From assembly GCF_006345805.1 (NCBI RefSeq), contig NC_043009.1, positions 7,688,001-7,752,000 on the forward strand: a stretch of 64,000 nt of DNA, in the 5' to 3' direction. Positions 1 to 13,323 of the stretch are shown here, in pieces; positions within the stretch are counted from its first letter, which is position 1; every line of letters starts with the position of its first letter. The notes below the pieces were generated by a model. The model had not been told where the DNA came from. It made no database searches and saw only the letters and a program-made list of their open reading frames with translations. A program made the translations under genes and the position numbers. This stretch comes from Octopus sinensis (lineage: Eukaryota).

Positions 1-3000
1 ATTTTATGAGTGCTTCTTCGGTGAAAGCTAAAAAGCGATCGGATATTTTGCCAAACTGAAGTCTTTATTCTACAGCACCTACGCGAATATTGATAAGTTC
101 CAGAATTGTTGCTGTTCCAATCGTACAGTTAAATACTATGTATACTTTGGGGACAAGGATTCTAAGATCTAGTTTAATCTTGTTAGCACATTTTTCTCTT
201 TTATTCTATAGTCCTAAAGGGTTGTAAACATCCTTCTTCAATCGAGAAACCATTTTAGTTTGTTATACATTGACCTTGCAGAAATTCCCTTAATACATGT
301 TTTTCCGTGACATGACTATCACATTGTGTATCCTTTCTTACTTGACCTTAAGCAAGAAAACTTCTTTCACTTTAAGGATAATATATTCAGTTTCAACAAT
401 TCCAACTTTGTTAACTCACCATTTCTTGATTTAGCTTTCTCAATCATCTTCTACCTCTCTTTTCTCTTCTCTTTTCTTTTTCTCGTTATTTTTGCGTCTA
501 CACCCTTCTTTTTTCTGTGTTTCGAACGTTTTCTCTCTTTCTCCCAGCCTGTCTTTCTCTCTATTTCTCTCTCAGTAGTTTTATCTCTCTATTTCTCTTT
601 ATTTCTTTCTTTCTTTCTGTTCGTTCTCTCAGACACACAAACGCACGCATTTTACTTTCTTCTTTTCGTGCTTCTCTCTCAGTCTCATTACCAATGTTTA
701 GAGTATTCACTAAACCATTGAATATGTCGATTTGGGCAAAACGCCATTAATCATCATTTCATTTGGCAAATAATATCTTTCTTTCTTTCTTTCTTTCTTT
801 TTTATATTGTTGAAACAAAATTATGACATCGTTTCCCGCCTCAAGGATAAAATGTTAGATGCGTAAGTTCGCTGCATAACTCTGATCTCATTGGATCCGA
901 ATGTCGTAAATTCTATCATATGACTGCTGTTGGCAACACATCACTGCCAACAATCTTATCTTGCTTGGCTCTATTTTTCTAATGGGTAATCTACATTTTA
1001 CTCTAAGGAAGCTGTGGCCTTCCGTTTCTATCTCGCCACCGCACATCCATCAACAATGACCAGCTCCCAGCGGGATAGGGAGTCTATGAAAACACATTAT
1101 ACTCTATAGCTTAGTAAACTGCAGTGACATTTAAATACCGTTACAAGGAACATAGAATTGAATCAGCTTAAAATCAAACATAATTTTAAGATGTCCTTCT
1201 CGGAAAACAAACAAACAAACTGTACAAGTGAGTTAAACTACAATGGTGATATTCGTTCACCCCACAGGCAAGTCGCAGTGCATAATGAGAAAAACTTAAC
1301 GTTTATTGGCACCGAAGAAAAGTAGCGATAACAAGAAATTTCACAGAAGCGAAAAACAGACGCAAAGGCTTGATGGATGGTCATTTCTTTCTCAATTTGT
1401 CAGTCATGGGTTCGTTTCGCATTGCAAGAATTTCTTAATTCTCTTAGACCGAAGCACTTAATACTATTTGCCTTCAACTACTGAAAACAAAAATTCTGAG
1501 GAAAAAAAAATAAAATTCGAAAAACATAGACATTTCTTGTTGCATTCATTTGATTTACTTCTGTGCAAAAAAAAAAGACGTAAAATATCAAATCATTGTT
1601 AAAAACAATTCCATCTCATAATAAACTTAAAAAATCATCGTATTTTTTTCTATTTTCAGTACAATAGTCAAAAATAATCTAAAACTTAGCTTAAGTGTAC
1701 ATTATCGTCAACTTAAACTGCTTCTAATTGTTCGAATTTTGTTGGCTTTATGTTCAGTATAAACGTATAGAGTAGCAAGAAATAATATCACTATAAATAG
1801 TAGGTTCCTAATGGTTAATGGGCAACACCAAGGTGAAAACAGATTGATTTTTAAAAATAAAAACAACCCAAGAAGGTTATGTTACTGGGGCTGCACTTTG
1901 CACTTCATTTATACAGGGCCGTTAAAATAAATAGCAGTTTAAATCTTCCATTCACAGCTACCATTTTTGGATGATTTCCATGCTTCTTATTTAACGGCAT
2001 AATTTCTTGGAGTTGGAATATCTTTATTGCCCGACTGGCGTTTCAATCAAGACTGTTTTGTGTTCTATTCTGGCATATAATATTCAGAAAATAGTTATAT
2101 AATGCATCTATTTATTTTCAAGAATGTACGGTAAAATTTTAGGAAAATTTTAGGTTATTTCTAAAAGATCGACTGAGGTTACACGAACTTAAGAAAGTTT
2201 AATATAAAGTTCTCGGGTCTCTAAGCTGAGTCTGTAACCTTTTAAGAATACACCTTTCAAAAAACCGTGGTCCGAGGGAAAATGAACGTACATAAAAGAA
2301 ATCTATTTCATTGAAAATGTTGGGGACCGCTGGCATAGAAGCTTCTTCGTCGACTCAATAAATACCAGTTATATACTGAGGAAGATTCAATAAACTAAAT
2401 ACCTTTCTTGCAGCTTAATTATTAAGTATTTGGTTTAATTAGAGTGTTTAATTTCACTTTGTGTGAGTTGTTTACCTCCGCCATATTGTTTACAAATTTT
2501 AGCACAAGGCCAGCAATGTCGGGGAAGGGATAAGTCGATTACATCGAGTCTAGGTGATTTATTGCCCCCCTCCCCATGGACTATAACACCCCCAAAGACA
2601 ACAGATGGTGATTTAAAACTTCTTAATATATTGGAGAGGGGGTAATTGTCTTGGAGGTAGTTGTCGTTGGGGAAATTGTCCTATGCGGGAGGGGGGGATA
2701 ATTGTCCAAGGGAGGTAATTGTCCTGATACGATTACATTAACCCCCAGTTCTGAACTGGAACTTGCTTTATCGGGCAATCCAGTTATGACTATCCCATTT
2801 CTTCTACTGAGCTGGGAACTTAGAACCACATTATACAATGTGCTTTTAACTAAGACAACGGGCCCGGGAACAGGGGATGCGCTTGCGCCCCCTAATATTT
2901 TTGTAGGGTGCAAAATCAAAATTTACACTCCTACTTACTTTTCTCAGGTTTAGAAAACTGAGTAAAAAGTGATTCGTAAAAAGTAACTTGAATTAGAACA

Positions 3001-3344
3001 AGGAACATGAATAAGTTTTAAAAAACATGACCTTATTTGTAAATATTTTTGAACCTGGCGTTGCACCCACGAAGCAAATTTCGTTCCCGAGCCAGTGACT
3101 AAGACAAAGTAATTTTAGGGAAATTCGGTTGCTATTTCTAACAGATAGAACGGTCACGTAGAGTCCAACTCGTTCACTGGTTATAATGTATAGCATTATT
3201 TTTCTTTCCCTTTATCGTTCACTTGTTTTAGTCATTGGACAGCAGCCATGTTGGAGCGCTACTTTGTACGGTTTAATCGAACTAATAGACATTTAGACAT
3301 AAACAAACCAACACTGGTTACCAAGCAATGGCTCCCAGCCGGGG

Positions 3345-3690
3345 TCAATATGGCCCCTGAGGGTCCATATAATATTTTAAGGGTCCACACATCAAAATAA
3401 TAAATTGGGAATCCCCACTAGTTTTTTAAGGACCCGTCAAAACAATCTTGCTTTAGAAATATATATATTGGTATATATTGGTATATATTGCAAGAAACAG
3501 CTAGGTTTCTTTCTCTAACATTTTACACAGTTCGGTCTACATCAGGGAAAGGGTGAAAAGCAAATAGGAATTTTGACAGAAATTTCTTTAAAACTAGTTT
3601 TCAAACATCGAATGGCTATGGGGCTCCACCAGAAAAAAAATAGTGATCAAAGGGGTCCTCAGATAAAACATGGTGGATAACTCTTGCTAC
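3345..3690. mobile_element. Decayed non-autonomous DNA-transposon-like repeat
   Basis: GGGGTC..ATATGGCCCCTGAGGGTCCAT at the left end, AAAGGGGTCC.AGATAAAACATGGT at the right end. A similar left end occurs at 18375-18415. Confidence 0.4.
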
Positions 3691-3769
3691 GGAGAATATC
3701 ATTGGACGTAGGAACAACGTTGTTCTAAATGTAGGAATAGCACTCCATTTTGATCCTCACCCAAGCCTT

Positions 3770-4350
3770 GTAGAGTCTTAGCACTTGTTGAGGGCTGAAG
3801 TATTTCCTGGCCCTAAAGAGAGGGGCTCATATCTGAGACTCTATCCTATGCTTCTGCCAAAGGATGCACCTTTGGCAGAAGAGAACAGAAGTGTTAGCGA
3901 GGCCCAGCAGCTGGAGCGATTGTGAGGGGTTCAGTTGAGTGCCGCTCATGTCTGGAGTGGATGTGGTACGATGATGTTCTTTCGATATTAGTAGCACTTG
4001 AGTTTCCTGCTCTTCCAAGAGACACGATTGGCATGGCTCCATTAGAAAGCGTTGTTATAGTTTCCATAAATGAAATCATTGAAGGTTCCGATTTGTGGAG
4101 TCTAGGATGCATATGGATTATGCATGTTTAGGGAACGTTGCAAAGGAAAGGAGGGTCGTGTCACCTGCCGATGAGTGAGCATTTTTGAATGTAGTAGTAG
4201 AAAAGCAAAAGATTGGGGATGGAGAGGACAGAGACTTAGGGGAACATTGGAGTTTATTGAGGGTGGGGAAGAAATGGTTTCGTCAATACATACCTCAAGG
4301 GTACGATTTGAAAGGAAACTGCTGATCCAGGAGATAAGTGATGGGTGTTG
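3770..4350 (-). mobile_element. Decayed CR1-group (CR1/L2-like) LINE RT C-terminal fragment
   Basis: Minus-strand pieces LISWISSFLSNRTLEVCID, INSNVP (for GVPQG), AGDTTL (for ADDTTL), TQVLLISK, LQLLGL and FRARKYFSPQQVLRLYK, with many frameshifts. Confidence 0.75.
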
Positions 4351-5239
4351 CCCGTAGGTTGGTATACACACACATACACACGCGCACATATATATGCGTA
4401 TAGATATATCATATCTATATCTGTGCTTGTGTGTGTGTGTTGTGTGTGTGGTCGTATATTTCTCTGATGACAGTTGCGGAAAAAGAAATATAGCTATTCA
4501 CTGATTATATACGTATAAGCGTAGATAAATCATTTGCGCTTTTCCTGTCAATAAATAATTCACAAAACTGTTCAAATATTCGTCATTAACTACGAAAATG
4601 GTATGTGAATATAATTTACAGAAATGGGATCTTACGAAACGAACATTGTGTGTGTGTGTGTGTGTGTGTGTAAAAGGATTTAACAGCTTGTTTGATATGT
4701 AAACATATTCATATTTAAAACAATATCTTATTAGCTCGTGTATGTATGTACAAAGAGGAACATTAAAATTAAAAATAGGCTACATATACTCAAATAAAAA
4801 AATATATATACATACATATATATACGTGTATGTGTGTATGTATATATGTATATATATATATATAGTGTGTGTGTGTGTGTGTGTGGTGTGTGTGTGTGAG
4901 TGTGTATGTATGAATATACGCATGCACACACACTCACACACACATACACACACATGTATATATCTATGTATGTATGTATGTATATTTCCGGGCACGAATT
5001 CGTGCTTCAAACAATCCAACATTTAAAATGAAAAAATTAAAGCACGTGAAGTTGTCAACAGAGGAAGAGACATAGAAAGAATCGTAAAAGAAATATGTTT
5101 TTGTTTTTTTTTAATATTCTATCCAGGCCAAAAAATCCGAAAAAGGAAAACCGGAAAGATTCCAATTCAATGGAAATGTTCATAAATCATTTCCGAGTTT
5201 TCAGTCTGTAAATTATTTTTCATACATGCACTAAGGTAT

Positions 5240-5256
5240 ATGTACGTGTATGTGTG

Positions 5257-5302
<46 letters not shown>

Positions 5303-5472
5303 CACACATGCATTAATTCACATACATATACGCATATGAGTAAATGTCTATGATTCTGCATATGTACATATATATATATATAATATATATATATACAAAC
5401 TTATGTATATATATATATATAATATATATACAAACTTATGTATATATATATATATATATATACAAACTTATG

Positions 5473-5549
<77 letters not shown>

Positions 5550-5789
5550 CAAACTTATGTATATATATATATATATATTTAGATATAAATATTTATATAT
5601 AAACATATTCATATGCGTATATCTATATAAAAATGCGTATATAAATACATGTATGTATGTATGTAGGTATGTATGTATGTATGTATGTATATATTATATA
5701 TATATATATATATATTATATATATGTATATATGTACGCATATATATATATATATGTACGTATATATATAAATATATATACCTATGTACG

Positions 5790-5820
<31 letters not shown>

Positions 5821-5953
5821 ATATATATATATATACAGACACACGAACATGTATATATACACATATATAAATATATATAAGTATATACATATGTATATGT
5901 GTGTATGTGTGCATGCATGTCTGTGTGTGAATGCATGTGTGAGCGCGTGTACG

Positions 5954-6000
<47 letters not shown>
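5240..6000 (+). repeat. (TA)n/(TG)n compound microsatellite with a recurring ATACAAACTTATGT motif (four times)
   Basis: Directly visible at 5390-5560. Confidence 0.95.
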
Positions 6001-6001
<1 letters not shown>

Positions 6002-6329
6002 AGCTACAATGTTTGTATCACCAAACAACTGTACTTGGTGATCCGCTGAACCGGAGACTGCAATTGTTGGTTTATAGTATAATTTCTAATAATTTATTGA
6101 AGTATAAGTGTTATGTTACAGCAATTGAAGATTGTTAGCGATGGGATGAAGGGTGACAGTGGAAGGTGTTGGTAGATAGTTGATGATGTAGTGAGCGTAG
6201 AGACACGATGGAAGGACAGGGGTGCAGGGATGTTCGGTTGTAATCATTCCCGAAGATTTTGTTGGTGTCAATAATGTTGGTAAACACTGTGATAAGCATG
6301 GCGGAAGTGATAGTGAAGATTGTGGTCAG

Positions 6330-6800
6330 ACTGGTGGTGGTGGTGGTGGTGGTGGTGGTGGTGGTGGTGGTGGTGGTGGTGGTGGTGGTGGTGGTGGTGG
6401 TGGTGGTGGTGGTGGTGGTGGTGGTGGTGTTGGTGGCGGTGGTGGTAAAGTGGGGGGTTGTGTTGAAAGTGATGGTGGTGGTCGTCGTCGTCGTTGTGGC
6501 GTTGATGTTGGTGGTGATGGTCGTGGTCCAAATAATGGTGTAATGGTGGTGCTGAGGATGTGGTGGTAGTAAGGGTGATGGTGATTAAGAAGATGATGAT
6601 AGTGGTGGCAATGGTCATGATGATGACGATGATGATTATGATTATGATAAGGAGGAGGAGGGAGAAAATGGTGATGATCCTGATCATGATGATGACGATG
6701 ATGACGATGAGATGAAGGATTATGGTGATTGTAAAAATAATGATGATGCTGATCCTCATAATATAGACGGCAACAGGACCTTAAACAACAGTGACAAGGA

Positions 6801-6859
<59 letters not shown>

Positions 6860-6918
6860 TAGTAGTAGTAGTAGTAGTAGTAGTACAGTAGTAGTAGTAG
6901 TAGTAGTAGTAGTAGAAG

Positions 6919-6964
<46 letters not shown>

Positions 6965-7168
6965 TACAGTAGTAGTAGCAGCAGTAGCAGTAGTAGTTGT
7001 AGCAGCAGTAGTAGCAGTAGTAGTAGTAGTAGTAGTAGTAGTAGCAGCAGCAGCAGCAGCAATAGCGGCTGTGGCAACAGTAATGACAACAACAATCGCA
7101 GGTACCACAGCAGCAGCAGCAGCACTGTGGTGGTGGTGGTGGTGGTGGTGGTGGTGGTTCTGGTGATG

Positions 7169-7203
<35 letters not shown>

Positions 7204-7310
7204 GGCGGCAGTGCAGCGGAGATGCTGTTGCTGGTGGTGCTGGTGGTGATGATGATGTTGACGATGAGGACTATGATGACGATGGTGATGACGATGCAAG
7301 TAAAAGTGAC
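6330..7310 (+). repeat. Compound trinucleotide microsatellite (GGT, GAT, AGT, AGC, GGC)
   Basis: Directly visible; source of the poly-G/V/T/Y/H ORFs. Confidence 0.97.
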
Positions 7311-7756
7311 AAAAACGAGAATGGTAACAGCAGCCGGAGACTTTATCGAAATCATTTTTTGTCTCCAAAGTGATTAACAACAATAAACAACAAAAGCGCA
7401 AAATACACTCAAAAATCTAACTACGAAAGCTCAAAATTGTAGATTATAAAAAGAAACATCGTCTCAAAAATAAACACATTTTATATTAATTTTTTTTTTC
7501 CCCATTATTTCGAAAAATTTACAAAATATACAGATTTATATTGTGGAAACATTTTTATAAACAAACATTGAAGCGCCGGGTGAGTTGATGTTTTAGGAAT
7601 GAAGGAAATTTCGAACGCAGGAGAATAGCTGTGGAAACAGCTTAGGGGATCGAATATAAGGGTACCCTTCGACGAGATGGGTAAAAAATGGCCAGCAAAT
7701 TCGAGTCATCTAGCTCAACGGTTCTTTTTTGGATTCTCTTAGCTGTTTTCACAGCT

Positions 7757-7927
7757 AGGCAGAGGAGTGGCTGTGTGGTAAGTACCTTGCTTACCAGCCA
7801 CATGGTTCCGGGTTCAGTCCCACTGCATGGCACCTTGACCAAGTGTCTTCTACTATAGCCTTGCGCCGACCAAAGCCTTGAGAGTGAATTTGGTAGACGG
7901 AAACTGAAAGAAGCCTGTCGTATATTG

Positions 7928-7974
<47 letters not shown>

Positions 7975-8183
7975 TGTGTGTCTGGGTTTGTCCACCATCA
8001 CCCCTCAACATCGCTTGACAACCGATGCTGGTGTGTTTACGTACCCGTAACTTAGCAGTTCGGCAAAAGAGACCGATAGAATAAGTACTAGGCTTACAAA
8101 GAATAAGTCCTGGGGTCGATTTGCTCGACTAAAGGTGAGGCTCCAGCCTGGCCGCAGTCAAATGACTGAAATAAGTAAAAGAG
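7757..8183 (+). mobile_element. tRNA-derived SINE, family A, full length with internal (TA)n
   Basis: A-box TGGCTGTGTGG, B-box GGTTCAGTCCC, conserved body and tail GAAATAAGTAAAAGAG. Same sequence recurs many times in the window. Confidence 0.9.
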
Positions 8184-8529
8184 CTATTCTCCTGATTTCA
8201 GGATGTCCTTTGTTATATGTTTTTTATCTTTTACTTGCTTCAGTTAAACTGCGCCCATGCTGGGGTACTGCCTTGAAGAACTTTCTTTTCTTTTTTGATT
8301 TCACTTACATACATACAAGTGTGCGATTGTGTGCATGTGTGTACGCTAGCACGTAAAGAGGGAGTCGCTTCTCTTTCGTGTAGGTTATATTAAAACATGA
8401 CTATGTTCCATTTAATCTTCTTTATTAAGGATTGTTCAATACACCAATATTACTTGCACTTCATTCTGATGATGAGACCTATAGGTCTTTAACGCTAATT
8501 AATGGATTAATAGATTTAAGAAGTGCTTG

Positions 8530-8670
8530 ACTGCTACTGTATTTTATCGACTTGAAAGAGTGAATTGTAAATTTGACCTGACGGGATTTGAACTCAGAGG
8601 GCAATGAGTCAGAAGAAATACTGTTGAGCATTTTGTTCGACTCGCTGACGATTCTGCCAACTCGTTGCCT
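8530..8670 (-). mobile_element. SINE family B, decayed
   Basis: GATTTGAACTCAG and GACGATTCTGCCAACTCG match the reverse complement of the family B head. Confidence 0.75.
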
Positions 8671-8809
8671 CTTACATTTCTTATTTTGCTAAAAGGCGAG
8701 AAATTTTAGAATGATTGAAGAGAGAAAAGCGATGGTATCGACTCCAGGAATTTTCATGGATGGAACGCCTTTTATCATAGGTGTACTCGGCCAAGGCCGA
8801 TCTGGGGTA

Positions 8810-9261
8810 GTCAACAACAACAACAACAACAACAATAGCATATCAACAAATTGGAGATGAAAAAGGAAGAAACCATTGAGGCACAAAGTTATTGCTACTA
8901 CTATTACTACTACTACTAATAGTAAGAAGAAGAAGGAGAGAAACAAGAAGAAGAAGAAGAAGAAGAAGAAGAAGAAGAAGAAGAAGAAGAAGAAAAGAAG
9001 AAGAAGAAGAAGAAGAAGAATGGCTCTCGTGGGTTCTAATCTTAACTGATTGGAAGTGTTATCATGTACATTGTTTCGTCTTGGTATAAAAGATGGGCTA
9101 CAGCAAATATTCTGCTCAATACCACAGATATGCTTGTCAGTTGACGATGACGACGACGACGATGATGACGAGGGCGATGGCGATGGTGATGGTGGTGATG
9201 ATGGTGTTGATGATGGTGATGATGATGTTTATGATGATGATGATGATGATGATGATGGTGT

Positions 9262-9322
<61 letters not shown>

Positions 9323-9515
9323 GACGATGGTGATGATGGTGGTGATGATGGTGGTGATGATGATGATGATGGTGGTGATGATAATGATGGCGATAATGAT
9401 GATGGTGAAAATGATGGTGATGATGATGGTGGTGGTGATGATGACGATGACGACGACGACGATGATGATGATAAGGGTAAGGGAGATGGTGATGGCGGTG
9501 ATGATGATGATGATG
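8810..9515 (+). repeat. Compound trinucleotide microsatellite (CAA, CTA, GAA, GAT/GAC/GGT)
   Basis: Directly visible. Confidence 0.96.
9021..9143 (+). repeat. Partial copy of the 40355-40905 element
   Basis: Matches 40379-40501 with only a few substitutions (TGGCTCTCGTGG...CTTGTCAGTTG). Confidence 0.9.
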
Positions 9516-10617
9516 GTGACCCTTTCTACCATAGGCACAGGGACTGAAATTTGAGGAAGTGAATAATTCGATTACATTGGACCCAAGTACATAACTGGTA
9601 CTTGATTTGAATGAAAGGCAAACGGGAAGCGTAGAGACGGACGAAATGCTGCCAAGCATTAATGAGAGTATCACAAAAAATAATAATAATAATACAAATG
9701 ATATCAAGAATAAAAATTGTAATAACATGGATGCCAAGAACAATGAAATCCAGAATATTAACAACAGCATCCCCCTTCTCTATCTCCTTTTGTTCCAATT
9801 ACCGCACGACCACAACCACCCCCAGCACCGCTAGTACTAGCACCTATACCACCCACTTGCAATAATTATATAAACAGTATTAATATCAACAACGTCAGCA
9901 ACAATAAAACGAACCAACAACACAACAACAACTAGTAACAATGATAATATAAAACTACCGATGCCAAGAACAATGGCTACGATAACAAACACTAAAACAA
10001 TATCAACGACAATAGTAACAAAAACAACAACAACAGCAACAACAAAAACTTCAGAGAGATTACATTTACTTTGTTTGATATTTTAACAGAAAACTTCGAA
10101 AATAATTTTCAAAAGCGCATAAAGTAAAGCAAACAAACAATAATAGTATGGAGAACGGCAAGGAAAATAACGGAAATAGCAATAACAAGAACAACAACTA
10201 CTACAGAGCTATCTATATTTATAATAGCTTCACATCGCTCACAAACAAAAGAATATAATTTAATTAATATTGCTATAACTTAGTAATTGTTTTAATCGAG
10301 GAAATAATGCGTGGTGGTTAAGAAGGTATCTTCTACCATCATCAAAACATGTCCGATTTATAATTGTAATTGGACAAACAGTTCTAATATAATATGGGGA
10401 AGATTAAAAAATATATATATACGAAAGAAAAAGCAGACGATAATTTAATAGTGATAAGTAGCGGCAAATATATTGTTTTCTATCGCCCTTCGATCGTAAC
10501 GTTACAATAAAGCAACTCATTAAGAACCAACAAACAAATACGGGATTGTTCGACATGCTATGGAAGTATGTATATATGTGACCGGGTGTATGTATATATA
10601 TATATATATGAATACTT

Positions 10618-10649
<32 letters not shown>

Positions 10650-10895
10650 TGTGTGTGTACGAATGAGTGAAGAATCGAAAGAGAGCGGCACTTAACACAT
10701 TTGTTAGAAACCGAATGAACTGATATTAAATTAGATAGATAGATAGATAGATAGATAGGATAAATAGATAGATAGATATAAATGTGTTTGTATGTATGTG
10801 TGTTATATATATATGTATTTATATATATAATAATATAATATATATATATATAATATATAATATATATATATATTATATATATTTTTATTATATAT

Positions 10896-10926
<31 letters not shown>

Positions 10927-11449
10927 GAATGTGTATGTATATATATATAATATGTGGTGTGTGTGTGAGAGAGAGAAGGAGAGAGAGTCTATGTGTAATG
11001 TGTGTGCGTATGCTCTGTATGCGTATATATAAGTACGTGTGTACGCATGTGTGTAAGCTGAATGTATGTACGCAATGTGTATCCACCTTCAACTCTGAGT
11101 CGATGATATAAACGAGAGGGAATCACAAAGCAGTTTTAAACATATGGAATTATATATTTAAAATATCAATGCGGGGCAAATAACTCAGGAGAGAATATTT
11201 GCGAAGATATTATTGACTCTATTATTATCTAGTGAAACAACTAAAAATGATAATAACAGAATCAATAATATAGGCGATTGCGGGCCCCAAAAACATTAAA
11301 TACCTGAAGGATTACAATTAATCAAAGGACATACTAAGTATCTCTACCTGTTGGAAATAAGAGTTTTGACTGTTGTTTCCAGCAAGTAGACACTCTTAGT
11401 ATGTTCTTTAATTAATTTTATATATCCATATATATATATATATAATATA

Positions 11450-11770
11450 TAGTGAGAGTTTACGAAAATAAACAAAAGACGAAGACAGGTGGTGTACAAA
11501 ACAAACAGATGTATTAGTATACGCTCAGGAATAGAAAAAGTCTTTTACGTTCGAGCCTACGCTCTCTTCTACAGGAAGGGACCCAGAAAAACAAGGATAG
11601 AAAAAATGTGTGTAGTGGCTAACGAACTATCATGGAAAAAGGTCAATGTAGAAAATGCTAAAATAATTTTATAAAAAACATTTCAGTACCGGTTTCGGTC
11701 ATTGAGACTTTTTCAACTGTAAGTATATAAAGAAGGCATATGGTTATTTATCTTCGAAGTCACTGTCAGT
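11450..11770 (-). mobile_element. Probable Penelope-like terminal-repeat remnant with two degenerate hammerhead-like motifs
   Basis: Minus strand has CAG-UUGAAAA-A-GUC(UCAAU)GAC-C-GAAA-CCGG-UA-CUG at 11684-11719 and GAAGA-GAGC(GUAG)GCUC-GAA-CG-UA at 11543-11575. Confidence 0.45.
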
Positions 11771-11898
11771 ACTATTCTTTCTAAAGAATAATAAATTTGT
11801 ACTCTAATAAATGCATTCAGTAATCCTTCAATTATTGCAAAACTCTATTTACACACTATAAAAACAAACACCACACACATAATTACATAATACAGGTG

Positions 11899-11961
<63 letters not shown>

Positions 11962-12076
11962 CTATATATATGTGTGTGTATGTATATATGTGACATGTGT
12001 GTATATGTAAATATATATATACACAGACTCATATATACGTATTATATATATGTATATGTATGTATATATATATTTC

Positions 12077-12116
<40 letters not shown>

Positions 12117-12135
12117 TATGTATGTATATATATAT

Positions 12136-12178
<43 letters not shown>

Positions 12179-13047
12179 ATCTCACACAGATGCAGTCTTG
12201 CCCTCATTCAAAATCAATGTCTACGTCAATAAGGGTTTTTGTTTTGCTTGAAATTTTTGGGTGTTGTTTTTTTTTAGCGGGGGGGGCATTGTTTATATAT
12301 GGGTTTGTAGGTATAAAGAATATATGATATATTTCAATCATACTGTAACCAATATTGTGAGATAGCTGAACGTAAAAATAAAGACAAAAAATAAAACAGA
12401 TAAAAATGTGTATGTGTGTGTGTGTGTGTATGTGTGTCTGCGTGTGTATATGTGTGTGCTTGTATGAACATTTATGTGTCTATAACTTTAAATGTAAGTA
12501 TATATATGTGTCTATGTATGCATGTATGTGTTCGTGACTGTATGCATTCAAACAAACGCAACACAAGAAAGATGTACTCACACGAAAAATTATGTATGAA
12601 TATGCGTGCAACATACATACATATATGTATAAACACACACATTTACACATACATGCTCACACAAACACACACACGCGCACGCACAGAATATATAAATATA
12701 ACATTCACCTTTTTTGCTAGCTTTTTTCTGTTTTCTGCTATCTTTCTTCGTTTCTTTTTTTACATACACTGTCTCTATTTTCTTTTATCACGTATGTCTA
12801 ACAAATTTATGCATGTTGTTGTTAATGTTGTTATTATTATTACGACTAGTAGTAGTATAGTAGTACTACTACTACTACTACTACTACTACCATTATTATT
12901 GTTGTTGTTGTTATTCATACTCTCTCTCTTTTTTTAATGTTTCTTAAGTATGTTTTGTTGTTTGTCTGGGCTTTTGAGGTAAGTCGACGAGAATGGGGTA
13001 TTCTATATGCTGTTTGTCTTATAGGTGTGTGTATGTGTGCATGTATG

Positions 13048-13091
<44 letters not shown>

Positions 13092-13250
13092 ATATATACA
13101 TATATATACATGTTTTGAATATACATATACATATATATATATATGTATATATGCATGTGCATATATATATATTATATATAGTATATGTATATATATATTA
13201 CATATATATATATACGTGTATATATATTATATATATATATATATATTTAT

Positions 13251-13284
<34 letters not shown>

Positions 13285-13285
13285 C

Positions 13286-13323
<38 letters not shown>

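Noticed and set aside
326-750. F/L/S-rich ORFs resembling membrane proteins
   Set aside because: Translation of a CT-rich low-complexity tract; the same applies to 42601-42960 and 26278-26656.
1912-2320. TA-CAGGGCCG start resembling a Tc1/mariner TIR
   Set aside because: No matching right TIR or transposase remnant found by eye.
2635-2735. Short GGG(T/A)AATTGTCC repeats with G-runs
   Set aside because: Only about five degenerate units; probably a repeat remnant, too weak to classify or to claim a G-quadruplex.
4464-4495. CTGATGA...GAAA spacing
   Set aside because: No helix II or helix I pairing.
8466-8495. CTGATGA followed by the palindrome AGACC-TATA-GGTCT
   Set aside because: No GAAA after the stem, so the hammerhead core is incomplete.
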